Source: an uncultured Candidatus Saccharibacteria bacterium (lineage in GTDB: Bacteria; Patescibacteriota; Minisyncoccia; Phycocordibacterales; UBA5272). From it: a DNA stretch of 64,000 bases. The DNA lies in assembly GCA_964544935.1 (NCBI GenBank), contig CAZJDZ010000002.1:30668-94667 (forward strand), written 5' to 3'. The position numbers and the translations under genes were made by a program. Position 1 is the first letter of the stretch. Each line of letters opens with the position of its first letter. This document shows, piece after piece, positions 38,030 through 46,462 of this stretch. A model generated the notes under the pieces. That model was given only the letters and a program-made list of their open reading frames with translations. It searched no databases and was not told the DNA's origin.

Positions 38030-39598
38030 ATGCAATTTCTTATCGACATAGGACTTTCCATTGTCTACTTCTGTGTATTTTTACTCTTTTGTGCATGGAC
38101 ATATCGTTTTTGGATGATGTATGTTAATCAAAAAGCATTAAATTCTATAGATTGGATCATGCTTGAAATTAAGCTTCCTCGAGAAATTAACAAATCTCCA
38201 CTTGCAACAGAGGTTGCTTTAGCTTCTTTTATTCTTAACTCTGGAGTGAGCACTAAATACGACAGAGTATTTAAAGGTAATCTCCCCGTTTTTTCTTCAC
38301 TGGAAATTGCATCCATTGAAGGGGTAATACATTTTTATATTCGTATCCAGAAACGTTTTAAAGATCTTATAGAGAGTAATTTTTATGCACAATATCCTGA
38401 AATAGAAATAGTGGAAGCTGATGACTATACTAAGCTTATTAGGTATCATCATTTATCTAAAGATGTTTCTATGTGGGGAAATCTTTTTAGAACATCAAAG
38501 TCATGGAATCCGACCAATCCTAAAACAGGTACCGCATTTCCAAAAGAAGGGAAAGCAAATGTTCCTCTAAATGAAGGAATGGAAGCATATTCTATGAAAG
38601 CAGATTTTTACCCTATAAAAACGTATGTTGATTTTGGGCTAGATAAGGATCCTAAGGAAGAGTTTAAGATTGATCCACTTAATCAACTTATTGAGACACT
38701 TGGAAGTATAGGCAGGGGTGAACATATGTGGTATCAGATTATTATTCAAGATGAAAGTGTTTATAGTGGTAAAAAAATGGATAAGTTCTACATAAATGAA
38801 AGAACACATGATCATCTGTCACTTAAAGATATGGCGGATGCTCGTAAAAAGCAGATTCGTACTGCTGGACATGTTTTGCACGGCGATCAAGTGTTTGATG
38901 AGTATGGATATATAAAAACAAGAAAAGTTGAAGACGGTGAAGATGAAAATGGTAAACCAAAGTTTAAAGAAATTCCTTTGACATACAATTTAATAAAAGA
39001 CCCAGCAAAAGATTCAGGTGTAAAAGTTGTTGGTAAAAAAGAAATGGATCTTACTCCAGAAGAAAAAGATGAAATTGAAATTATTAACAAAAAACTTTCT
39101 AAAGCACTTATGGTATGCGTTGTGCGTCTTATCTATATTGCAAAAAAAGAAAATTTTAAAGGTGGACAAATTGCAAATACGTTAGCATTTCCGAGAACTT
39201 TTAAAGGTGTTAACTCATTTGGAATGAATACTTCAGATCCGTACGATTATCCTTGGGAAAAATTTGGAGGTAAGCGCGTAGCGTGGCGCACAGAAGAAAT
39301 GTTTGAAGAATATGTAGAACGAGAAGGTTTTTACCCTCACATTAAACAAAGGGATGGTCTTGATAAATGGGAAGATAGAATATTTTGGTCATCAAGCATG
39401 AAGCAGCGTAAGTTGTTCCGAATGATATTTGAGGCAATATTTTATCCTTTTGACCATCCTCATGCTGATAATGCATTTACCCTTAATTTAGAAGAACTTG
39501 CAACTCTTTGGCATCTTCCTGGAGCAACTGCGGCAACTCCTACACTTCCACGTATTGATAGTAATAAAGGTATGCCACCAACTAATCTTCCTATTTAA
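38030..39598 (+). CDS. conserved hypothetical membrane-anchored protein
   Basis: N-terminal TM; SLEI.S, YAQYP..EI.E..DY, LNLEELATLWHLP, P.NLP C-terminus. Confidence 0.75.
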   Translation: MQFLIDIGLSIVYFCVFLLFCAWTYRFWMMYVNQKALNSIDWIMLEIKLPREINKSPLATEVALASFILNSGVSTKYDRVFKGNLPVFSSLEIASIEGVIHFYIRIQKRFKDLIESNFYAQYPEIEIVEADDYTKLIRYHHLSKDVSMWGNLFRTSKSWNPTNPKTGTAFPKEGKANVPLNEGMEAYSMKADFYPIKTYVDFGLDKDPKEEFKIDPLNQLIETLGSIGRGEHMWYQIIIQDESVYSGKKMDKFYINERTHDHLSLKDMADARKKQIRTAGHVLHGDQVFDEYGYIKTRKVEDGEDENGKPKFKEIPLTYNLIKDPAKDSGVKVVGKKEMDLTPEEKDEIEIINKKLSKALMVCVVRLIYIAKKENFKGGQIANTLAFPRTFKGVNSFGMNTSDPYDYPWEKFGGKRVAWRTEEMFEEYVEREGFYPHIKQRDGLDKWEDRIFWSSSMKQRKLFRMIFEAIFYPFDHPHADNAFTLNLEELATLWHLPGATAATPTLPRIDSNKGMPPTNLPI

Positions 39599-39612
39599 CC
39601 TCAAGTAATTAT

Positions 39613-40518
39613 ATGCATGAAAAAAGAAATTACAGCCTAGCCTCAGTACTTACAGTATGTACACTTCTTGGGTGTTTGTATCTTTCATCCCAAATGTTTT
39701 CTACTTCAAAGATATTCCCAGTTAACAAAAATTTTACAATTAATGAAAGTGAATCTCTAAAAAGTGTTAGTGAAAGACTTCAGACCGAAGGGTATATTAC
39801 ATCTGCTCTTCTTTTTAGAGTAGGGGTTTCTTTTTTAGGTAAAGATAGAGCATTACAGACTGGTGGATATGTATCCGATAAACCACTTACGTTATTTGGT
39901 GTTATTGATTTGTTTGTAAGTGGTCACCCAACTTCACCGCTTCTTTCTGTGACAATTCCTGAAGGTTCTACTTCTTTTGAAGTTGCATCAATACTAGCAA
40001 AGGCTATTCCAACTATTTCTATCGAAGGATTTATTAAGCGAATCACAACAAACAAATTAGAGGGTAAACTTTTCCCATCCACCTACTTCTTGCTACCTTC
40101 TTATAAGGAAGACGACATTATTAAACTCATGCTAACAGCTTTTGCAAAAAAAGTTGCTCCACAAATTACAGAAGATACAATAGATTTGCCCCTTAAAAAT
40201 GAAAATGATGTTCTTGTCCTTGCTTCAATTCTTGAAGGAGAAGCAAAAACTCAAGAGGATATGAAAATTATTGCAGGAATTTTACTTGCCCGTTTACAAA
40301 AAGGGATGCCATTACAAGTAGATGTTGCAAAAGAGACTTACAAACAAAAAGGGTTACCGCTTGTGCCAATCAACAATCCAGGGATTATAGCAATTGATGC
40401 AGTTCTCCACCCAGTAACTACAGAATATTTTTTTTATATAACAGGTAACGACGGCAAAATGTATTATGCAAAGACATTTGAGGAACATAAGAGGAACATA
40501 CAGAAATACTTGAGATAA
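39613..40518 (+). CDS. mltG: endolytic transglycosylase MltG
   Basis: VTIPEG, EG.LFP.TY, LASILE.E, LQ.D, GLP..PINNPG, Y.KTFEEH. Confidence 0.9.
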   Translation: MHEKRNYSLASVLTVCTLLGCLYLSSQMFSTSKIFPVNKNFTINESESLKSVSERLQTEGYITSALLFRVGVSFLGKDRALQTGGYVSDKPLTLFGVIDLFVSGHPTSPLLSVTIPEGSTSFEVASILAKAIPTISIEGFIKRITTNKLEGKLFPSTYFLLPSYKEDDIIKLMLTAFAKKVAPQITEDTIDLPLKNENDVLVLASILEGEAKTQEDMKIIAGILLARLQKGMPLQVDVAKETYKQKGLPLVPINNPGIIAIDAVLHPVTTEYFFYITGNDGKMYYAKTFEEHKRNIQKYLR

Positions 40519-40649
40519 AAAAGTTAGAGTTTAGACGATAGAAATTAGAAAAAAATTAAATCAAATGTTAAAATCTAAAGTCTAGACCTACTGTTGTTAC
40601 GTTATCTTTGCTGTCTACCCTCTATTACTTAATTTCTATTTCTGCCCCA

Positions 40650-41201
40650 ATGAAACTTCACAACCTCGCATTTATCGATACTGAAACAACTGGAACAGAT
40701 CCTAATACGCATGAGATTATTGAACTTGCGGTGATTATTGCACGCCAAGTCCCTCGTGAAGGCAAGGGGCCAAAACTTGAGATCATTGAAGAATGCGAAT
40801 GGAAAATAAAACCACAGCATATAGAGCGTGCAGAAGAACAGGCGCTCCGTGTTAATGGATATAACGAAGTTGATTGGATGTTTGCTGTTGACAGAAAGAA
40901 GGCGATGGAAGAATTTGCAAAGAAAACACAGAGTTGTTCTTTTGTGTCGCATAACCTTGTGTTTGATTACGGGTTTGTTATGAAAGCATTTGAAGAGACT
41001 GGAATTGATAATCGTATGCACTATGCAAAGATAGATACTATCTCACTCGCCTTCGGTAGACTTTACGATGCTCCGCAAGCTGACAAGTTTTCACTCAGAT
41101 TTTTATGTGAACTTCTTAAAGTAGAAAATACAAAAGCCCATACTGCTCTTGCGGATACTCGTGCACTTGTTCAGGTATATAAGAAATTGATGAATGCGTA
41201 A
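40650..41201 (+). CDS. DEDDh 3'-5' exonuclease (DnaQ-like)
   Basis: DTETTG, HN..FD, HTALAD. Confidence 0.92.
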   Translation: MKLHNLAFIDTETTGTDPNTHEIIELAVIIARQVPREGKGPKLEIIEECEWKIKPQHIERAEEQALRVNGYNEVDWMFAVDRKKAMEEFAKKTQSCSFVSHNLVFDYGFVMKAFEETGIDNRMHYAKIDTISLAFGRLYDAPQADKFSLRFLCELLKVENTKAHTALADTRALVQVYKKLMNA

Positions 41202-41274
41202 AAAGCTATAGACTATAAAATGAAAAACCACCTCAACAAGGTGCGGGGTGGCTTCCTTTATGAGATGGTGATTG

Positions 41275-41646
41275 TTATTTATTTTTTCCAGTGTCGTGCA
41301 TTGCACAGCAAATCATGTTGACGACATGAATAGGTGCGTTTGCTTTTAGAAATTCATGTGTGACAGGAATCAAAAGGGTCTTTTTTTCAGAAAGAGATAT
41401 TTCAGAATGACTACCCTCCTCCCAGTAAGGTCTCCAGTACTCGGCCTGGAGCGTGTTGTGTTTAATATCTTTACTGAGTATGTCATGAGGATCCATCGTA
41501 TCCTCAATTTTTATGACAAGGTATTTCCCAGTAATTTGGAGAATATATGCCGTTGTATGAAAAACTCCAACAAGGTTATCATCTTGCTGTGAAGATTCCA
41601 AAAGCATGTAGAGGCTATAAGGCTTATCTGTTTTTACATTTGACAT
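41275..41646 (-). CDS. hypothetical protein (orphan)
   Basis: SD GAGG, promoter TTGACA(41729)-N17-TAGAGT. Confidence 0.65.
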   Translation of the reverse strand: MSNVKTDKPYSLYMLLESSQQDDNLVGVFHTTAYILQITGKYLVIKIEDTMDPHDILSKDIKHNTLQAEYWRPYWEEGSHSEISLSEKKTLLIPVTHEFLKANAPIHVVNMICCAMHDTGKNK

Positions 41647-41801
41647 GTTATATACCTCAGTGATTGAGTTGCTGATGTAAAGTGCTATTTTGCTAAACGA
41701 ACTCTACTATATTTGAACTAAGTTGTCAATTATGGTATAATGCCTTAATTAACAACAGTCCATATATTCCTTTTTGAATTGCGACTACTAGCTATAACTT
41801 T

Positions 41802-44414
41802 ATGAAAAAACCTGAGCATATCGAGAAAATCATTGTGAAAGGTGCACGTACACATAATCTCAAAAACATCACCGTTGAGATGCCTCGTCACAAGATGATC
41901 GTGTTCACTGGGCTCTCAGGATCAGGTAAGTCTTCGCTCGCATTTGATACTATCTTCGCAGAAGGGCAGCGTCGTTATGTTGAGTCACTCTCAGCGTATG
42001 CTCGTCAGTTTTTGACACAGCTACAGAAACCTGATGTAGATGAGATTGTTGGCCTTTCTCCTGCTATCTCTATTGACCAGAAGTCTGCTGGCCGTAACCC
42101 TCGTTCAACGGTTGCAACAATTACCGAGATCTATGACTACCTCCGTGTACTGTATGCGCGTGTAGGTAAACCATACTGTGTAGAGTGTGGTGCTAAGATT
42201 CAGAAGCTGACCAATGAAGAGATCATGCATTTTATCTTGGACAAAGTTCAGGGAGTTGATTACAAGAAAATAAAAACCGAGATGATGGGTGTTGAATTTT
42301 CTCATGCTGAAGTACATATTCTTTCACCACTTGTTCGTGGAAGAAAAGGAGAGTATTACCAGATGCTCTATGACATGCTTGGGAAAGGATATACAGAAGC
42401 TGTGATTGATGGTGAGCGTAAAAGTCTTCGTGAGCAAATAGTGCTTTCTAAGAACAAGAAGCATGAAATTTCAGTTGTAGTTGACTCAATAGCACTTGAT
42501 GAGCTTCGTCTCAAAGCATCACAAAAAGACGCGATGACACGCCTTTCTGAGGCTATTGAACGGGCGCTTCATGAGTCAAACGGTCTTTTAGAGGTTGAAA
42601 TTCTTGGTGAAAAAACAATCATGAGTAACAAGTTCTCTTGTGCATCGTGTGGATTTTCATTCCCAGAAATTGAACCTCGTTTATTCTCATTTAACTCTCC
42701 ATACGGGGCATGCCCTACTTGTAACGGTCTTGGCACAAAGTATTTTGGAGGATTAGATGAATGTGATGATTGTCATGGCAAACGTTTACGTCCTGAAGCA
42801 CTTCACGTATACCTTGATGATGTTCATAAAATAAATATTGTAGATATTGTTGCGCTTTCTATTACGGAAGCTGAAAAATATTTTACTGATATCCCGCTTT
42901 CCAAAAAAGAACAAGAAATTGCTTCTGTGGTAATCAAAGAGATTCAGTCTCGTCTTTCATTTATGTTAAATGTGGGGCTTAATTATCTTGCACTGAATCG
43001 TAAAGCAGATACACTCTCAGGAGGTGAAGCGCAGCGTATTAGACTCGCTAGTCAACTGGGAAGTCAGCTTGTGGGTGCGCTCTATGTACTAGATGAACCG
43101 ACAATTGGTCTTCATCAAAAAGATAATGATAGACTTATCAAGACACTTACACATCTTCGAGATATTGGAAATACAATTATCATCGTAGAACATGATGAGG
43201 ATACTATTTTTGCTTCTGATTATATTGTTGATATTGGACCAAAGGCTGGTATTCATGGAGGGGAAGTAGTTGTATCTGGGTATCTCGACGAACTGCTTAC
43301 TGCTCCAAAGAATAAATCAGGGAGTGTAACACTAGCGTACCTTCGTGGGGAAAAAGAAATTCCAGTACCTGCACGTCGCCAGACTGACAAAGGCACACTT
43401 CGAGTAACTGGTGGAAATATTTTCAATATTCAGAATTTAAGTGCAAATGTTCCGCTTGGAAGATTAAATGTAATCACGGGAGTTTCAGGATCTGGGAAGA
43501 GTTCTTTTATGTATGAGATTCTCTACAAGAACCTTCTTGCTCGTCTTGAACGGCGTCATAGAACAGTAAAGGTTTTTAACTGTGAGACGTTTTCTGGAAC
43601 AGAATATGTATCTCGTGTGGTGATGATTGATCAGTCAGCTATTGGTCGTACCCCACGATCAAACCCAGCAACATATACAGGAGCTTGGACACATATACGT
43701 GATCTTTTTGCGGAGAGTGAAGAAGCGCGTATTAGAGGATGGAAGGCATCACGTTTTTCTTTTAATGTAAAAGGTGGACGTTGTGAAGCATGCCAAGGTA
43801 ATGGTGAGATAGCAGTTGAAATGCACTTCCTCCCAACAGTGTATGTTGAGTGTGATGTTTGTCTTGGTAAGAGATTTATGAAAGAAACGCTTGAAGTAAA
43901 ATGGAAAGGAAAAAACATTTATGACATACTTCGCATGACAGTTGAGGAGGCACTCACGTTCTTTTATGAAATCCCTGCTATCTATGATCGTGTGAAGACT
44001 TTGAATGACGTAGGACTTTCATACCTTGAACTTGGACAGTCAGCAACAACCCTTTCAGGGGGAGAAGCACAGCGTGTAAAGATTTCTTCTGAGCTCTATC
44101 GTCCGCATGTTGAGAAGACTATTTATCTTCTTGATGAGCCATCAATCGGGCTTCACTATGAAGATATTGCTAAATTGATTGAGATATTAAATAAGCTCGT
44201 TGATAAAGGTAACACAGTTGTACTCATCGAGCACAATTTAGACATCGTGAAGTGTGCAGATCATATTATTGATATCGGACCAGAAGGTGGTATCGGTGGA
44301 GGCAAGGTTGTTGCGACAGGGACACCAGAGCAAGTAGCAGGGAATACAAATAGTTACACCGGTCAGTATCTTAAGAAGATTCTGAAGAGAAGTAAGGATA
44401 GAAATAAAGAATAA
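41802..44414 (+). CDS. uvrA: excinuclease ABC subunit A
   Basis: GARTHNLKN, GLSGSGKSS, zinc fingers, two LSGGEAQR motifs. Confidence 0.98.
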   Translation: MKKPEHIEKIIVKGARTHNLKNITVEMPRHKMIVFTGLSGSGKSSLAFDTIFAEGQRRYVESLSAYARQFLTQLQKPDVDEIVGLSPAISIDQKSAGRNPRSTVATITEIYDYLRVLYARVGKPYCVECGAKIQKLTNEEIMHFILDKVQGVDYKKIKTEMMGVEFSHAEVHILSPLVRGRKGEYYQMLYDMLGKGYTEAVIDGERKSLREQIVLSKNKKHEISVVVDSIALDELRLKASQKDAMTRLSEAIERALHESNGLLEVEILGEKTIMSNKFSCASCGFSFPEIEPRLFSFNSPYGACPTCNGLGTKYFGGLDECDDCHGKRLRPEALHVYLDDVHKINIVDIVALSITEAEKYFTDIPLSKKEQEIASVVIKEIQSRLSFMLNVGLNYLALNRKADTLSGGEAQRIRLASQLGSQLVGALYVLDEPTIGLHQKDNDRLIKTLTHLRDIGNTIIIVEHDEDTIFASDYIVDIGPKAGIHGGEVVVSGYLDELLTAPKNKSGSVTLAYLRGEKEIPVPARRQTDKGTLRVTGGNIFNIQNLSANVPLGRLNVITGVSGSGKSSFMYEILYKNLLARLERRHRTVKVFNCETFSGTEYVSRVVMIDQSAIGRTPRSNPATYTGAWTHIRDLFAESEEARIRGWKASRFSFNVKGGRCEACQGNGEIAVEMHFLPTVYVECDVCLGKRFMKETLEVKWKGKNIYDILRMTVEEALTFFYEIPAIYDRVKTLNDVGLSYLELGQSATTLSGGEAQRVKISSELYRPHVEKTIYLLDEPSIGLHYEDIAKLIEILNKLVDKGNTVVLIEHNLDIVKCADHIIDIGPEGGIGGGKVVATGTPEQVAGNTNSYTGQYLKKILKRSKDRNKE

Positions 44415-44429
44415 GTATTGATGGTTATT

Positions 44430-44468
44430 AAATACATAAGCGCGGCCTACGGCCGCGCTTATGTATTT
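44430..44468. terminator. long perfect hairpin after uvrA
   Basis: AAATACATAAGCGCGGC-C-TACG-G-CCGCGCTTATGTATTT. Confidence 0.75.
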
Positions 44469-44553
44469 TTAAAACCTTATATATTAAAAATAAAAAAAGA
44501 AAAAGCGGCCCTTGTGGGGTCGCTCTTTGCACTACCAAGTAATTTCCTTGGCT

Positions 44554-44766
44554 TTACCTTTTTGCTTTTGGGTAGATTGGACGGTCTGTCCCGCCACCGT
44601 TAGTATGTCGCCCATCACCAGAAAGCGCCATCTGCGTCACCTTGATGACATGTGCGCGAGTATGACAAGCGTACACATGGTTCTGAAGCAGTTTGGGTTC
44701 AGAGATGGAACATGTCCCAAGTTTGCTACAGCCGATACAGCTGGTGTCGTTTACTTTTTCGGTCAT
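44554..44766 (-). CDS. small Cys/His-rich hypothetical protein
   Basis: SD GGAGG, CxxC..C..CH, ATGA overlap with the upstream ORF. Confidence 0.6.
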   Translation of the reverse strand: MTEKVNDTSCIGCSKLGTCSISEPKLLQNHVYACHTRAHVIKVTQMALSGDGRHTNGGGTDRPIYPKAKR

Positions 44767-44954
44767 GAGCCACCTCCTTCTTGAGGAGGGGTGTCTTGGA
44801 TATTGCGAAGATGGTCCAGAATCTCTTCTGGGAAATAGCAGTCAGCACCACCAACACCATAGTATTCAGCTTCACGAGCTGCACGGTTTTGACTATCGAT
44901 CGCAGGATTCCCCGCGCTACTTCCGGGCATTCCGGATCTTTTTTCTTGTGCCAT
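44763..44954 (-). CDS. small hypothetical protein, 63 aa
   Basis: SD AAGGAG before MAQEK; translationally coupled to the next ORF. Confidence 0.6.
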   Translation of the reverse strand: MAQEKRSGMPGSSAGNPAIDSQNRAAREAEYYGVGGADCYFPEEILDHLRNIQDTPPQEGGGS

Positions 44955-45113
44955 AGGAATTCTCCATTCTTTTATATTTAATGAACTTCTGATTCTCGTG
45001 TGTCTATCTTTATACCAAGTTAATGGTTCATAGACTTTACGAGAGGCGTAGATGCCTTTTCTTACGATATCTTCCGTTTGAATAAGGCAAGAATATATAG
45101 TACAATACATCCA

Positions 45114-46331
45114 ATGAAAAAGCAAGACCTGACAGAACTTAAGCTTCCGGATGCTCCGGGAGTGTATTTTTTCCGTGATGAAGAGGGAAATATTTTATAT
45201 ATAGGGAAAGCAACTTTTTTGAAGGATAGAGTACGAAGTTACTTCAATCCAGATCTTATGAAGAGTAGAGGGTTGCGACTTGTAACCATGGTTACCCTTG
45301 CCAAGACCGTAACCTATCAAGAAACAGGGAGTGTGCTTGAAGCGCTTCTTCTTGAAAGTAAACTAATCAAGGAGCATGATCCTGTCTATAATGTCAAAGA
45401 AAAAGATGACAAAAGTTTCACTTGTGTTGTTATTACCAAGGAACAATTTCCTCGAGTTCTTGCTATGCGTATTCGTGACTATGAGAAGAAATTTACCAAG
45501 AAAGATGTGTCTGTTGTGTACGGCCCATTTGCTTCACTCTCACAGTTACGCGAAGCCATGAAGATTATCAGAAAGCTTTTTCCATATAGAGATACCTGTG
45601 AGTTAGGAAGCACTAAGCCATGCTTCAATGCTCAGATCAAGCTATGTCCTTCAGTTTGTATAGGACAAATATCTGAAATTGATTACAAGAAAAATATAGC
45701 AAATATCAAGAAACTATTTGAAGGTAAAAAGACAGAAATTGTAGCTTCACTTCAAAAGGACATGAATGATTATGCTAAAAGACATTTATTTGAGAAGGCT
45801 GCTTCAGTGCGCAACACACTGTATGCTTTAGATCACATAAAAGATATAAGTCTTATCAAGGAAGACGAAGTTTTGTCTTTTAAGAATAATAGCTTCCGTA
45901 TCGAAGCGTATGACGCTGCCCATATATCAGGGACATCTCGAGTGGGGGTGATGGTTGTCCTTGAAGGGCATCAGATTGAAAAAAATGAATACCGAAAGTT
46001 CAAGCTAGAAGAAAAAATAAATGACGACTATGAAGGACTTCGTCAAATTCTAACTCGTCGTTTTGGACACAAGGAGTGGCGCTTCCCGGACCTTGTGGTT
46101 ATTGACGGAGGGCTTGCGCACAAGCAAGTTGCAGAAAAAGTTCTGGCATCTCTTGGGCTTCTCATTCCATGTGTGTCAGTTGTAAAAGATGAGCGCCATA
46201 AACCAAAAGACATTCTTGGGGATAAAGTACATGTGGATTACCATAAAAAGGATATACTTTTAGCTAATGCCGAAGCACATCGATTTGCAATAGGGTATCA
46301 CAAAACCTTACGAAATAAGCTTCTCTTTTAG
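45114..46331 (+). CDS. uvrC: excinuclease ABC subunit C (short; no C-terminal HhH)
   Basis: GIY-YIG (PGVY.F, YIGKA), UVR domain, RIEAYD..H..G, PDLVVIDGG, EAHRFA. Confidence 0.92.
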   Translation: MKKQDLTELKLPDAPGVYFFRDEEGNILYIGKATFLKDRVRSYFNPDLMKSRGLRLVTMVTLAKTVTYQETGSVLEALLLESKLIKEHDPVYNVKEKDDKSFTCVVITKEQFPRVLAMRIRDYEKKFTKKDVSVVYGPFASLSQLREAMKIIRKLFPYRDTCELGSTKPCFNAQIKLCPSVCIGQISEIDYKKNIANIKKLFEGKKTEIVASLQKDMNDYAKRHLFEKAASVRNTLYALDHIKDISLIKEDEVLSFKNNSFRIEAYDAAHISGTSRVGVMVVLEGHQIEKNEYRKFKLEEKINDDYEGLRQILTRRFGHKEWRFPDLVVIDGGLAHKQVAEKVLASLGLLIPCVSVVKDERHKPKDILGDKVHVDYHKKDILLANAEAHRFAIGYHKTLRNKLLF

Positions 46332-46462
46332 CACTGACAAATGAGTGTCAATGCTTACTATTGACATGGAAGTGAAAGACAAAAATAATGGCTTTTACAC
46401 TCTAGCGTGTACACTTTAGATATTAGTAAATGATGTAAAAATAAAATATTTTTAAGCGTGGT

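Noticed and set aside
46328-46354. CIRCE-like TTAGCACTG...GAGTGTCAA
   Set aside because: Spacer is 6 rather than 9 nt and it is not upstream of a chaperone; better read as a hairpin after uvrC
46397-46427. NrdR boxes upstream of nrdA
   Set aside because: Only partial matches to the consensus; cannot be supported by eye
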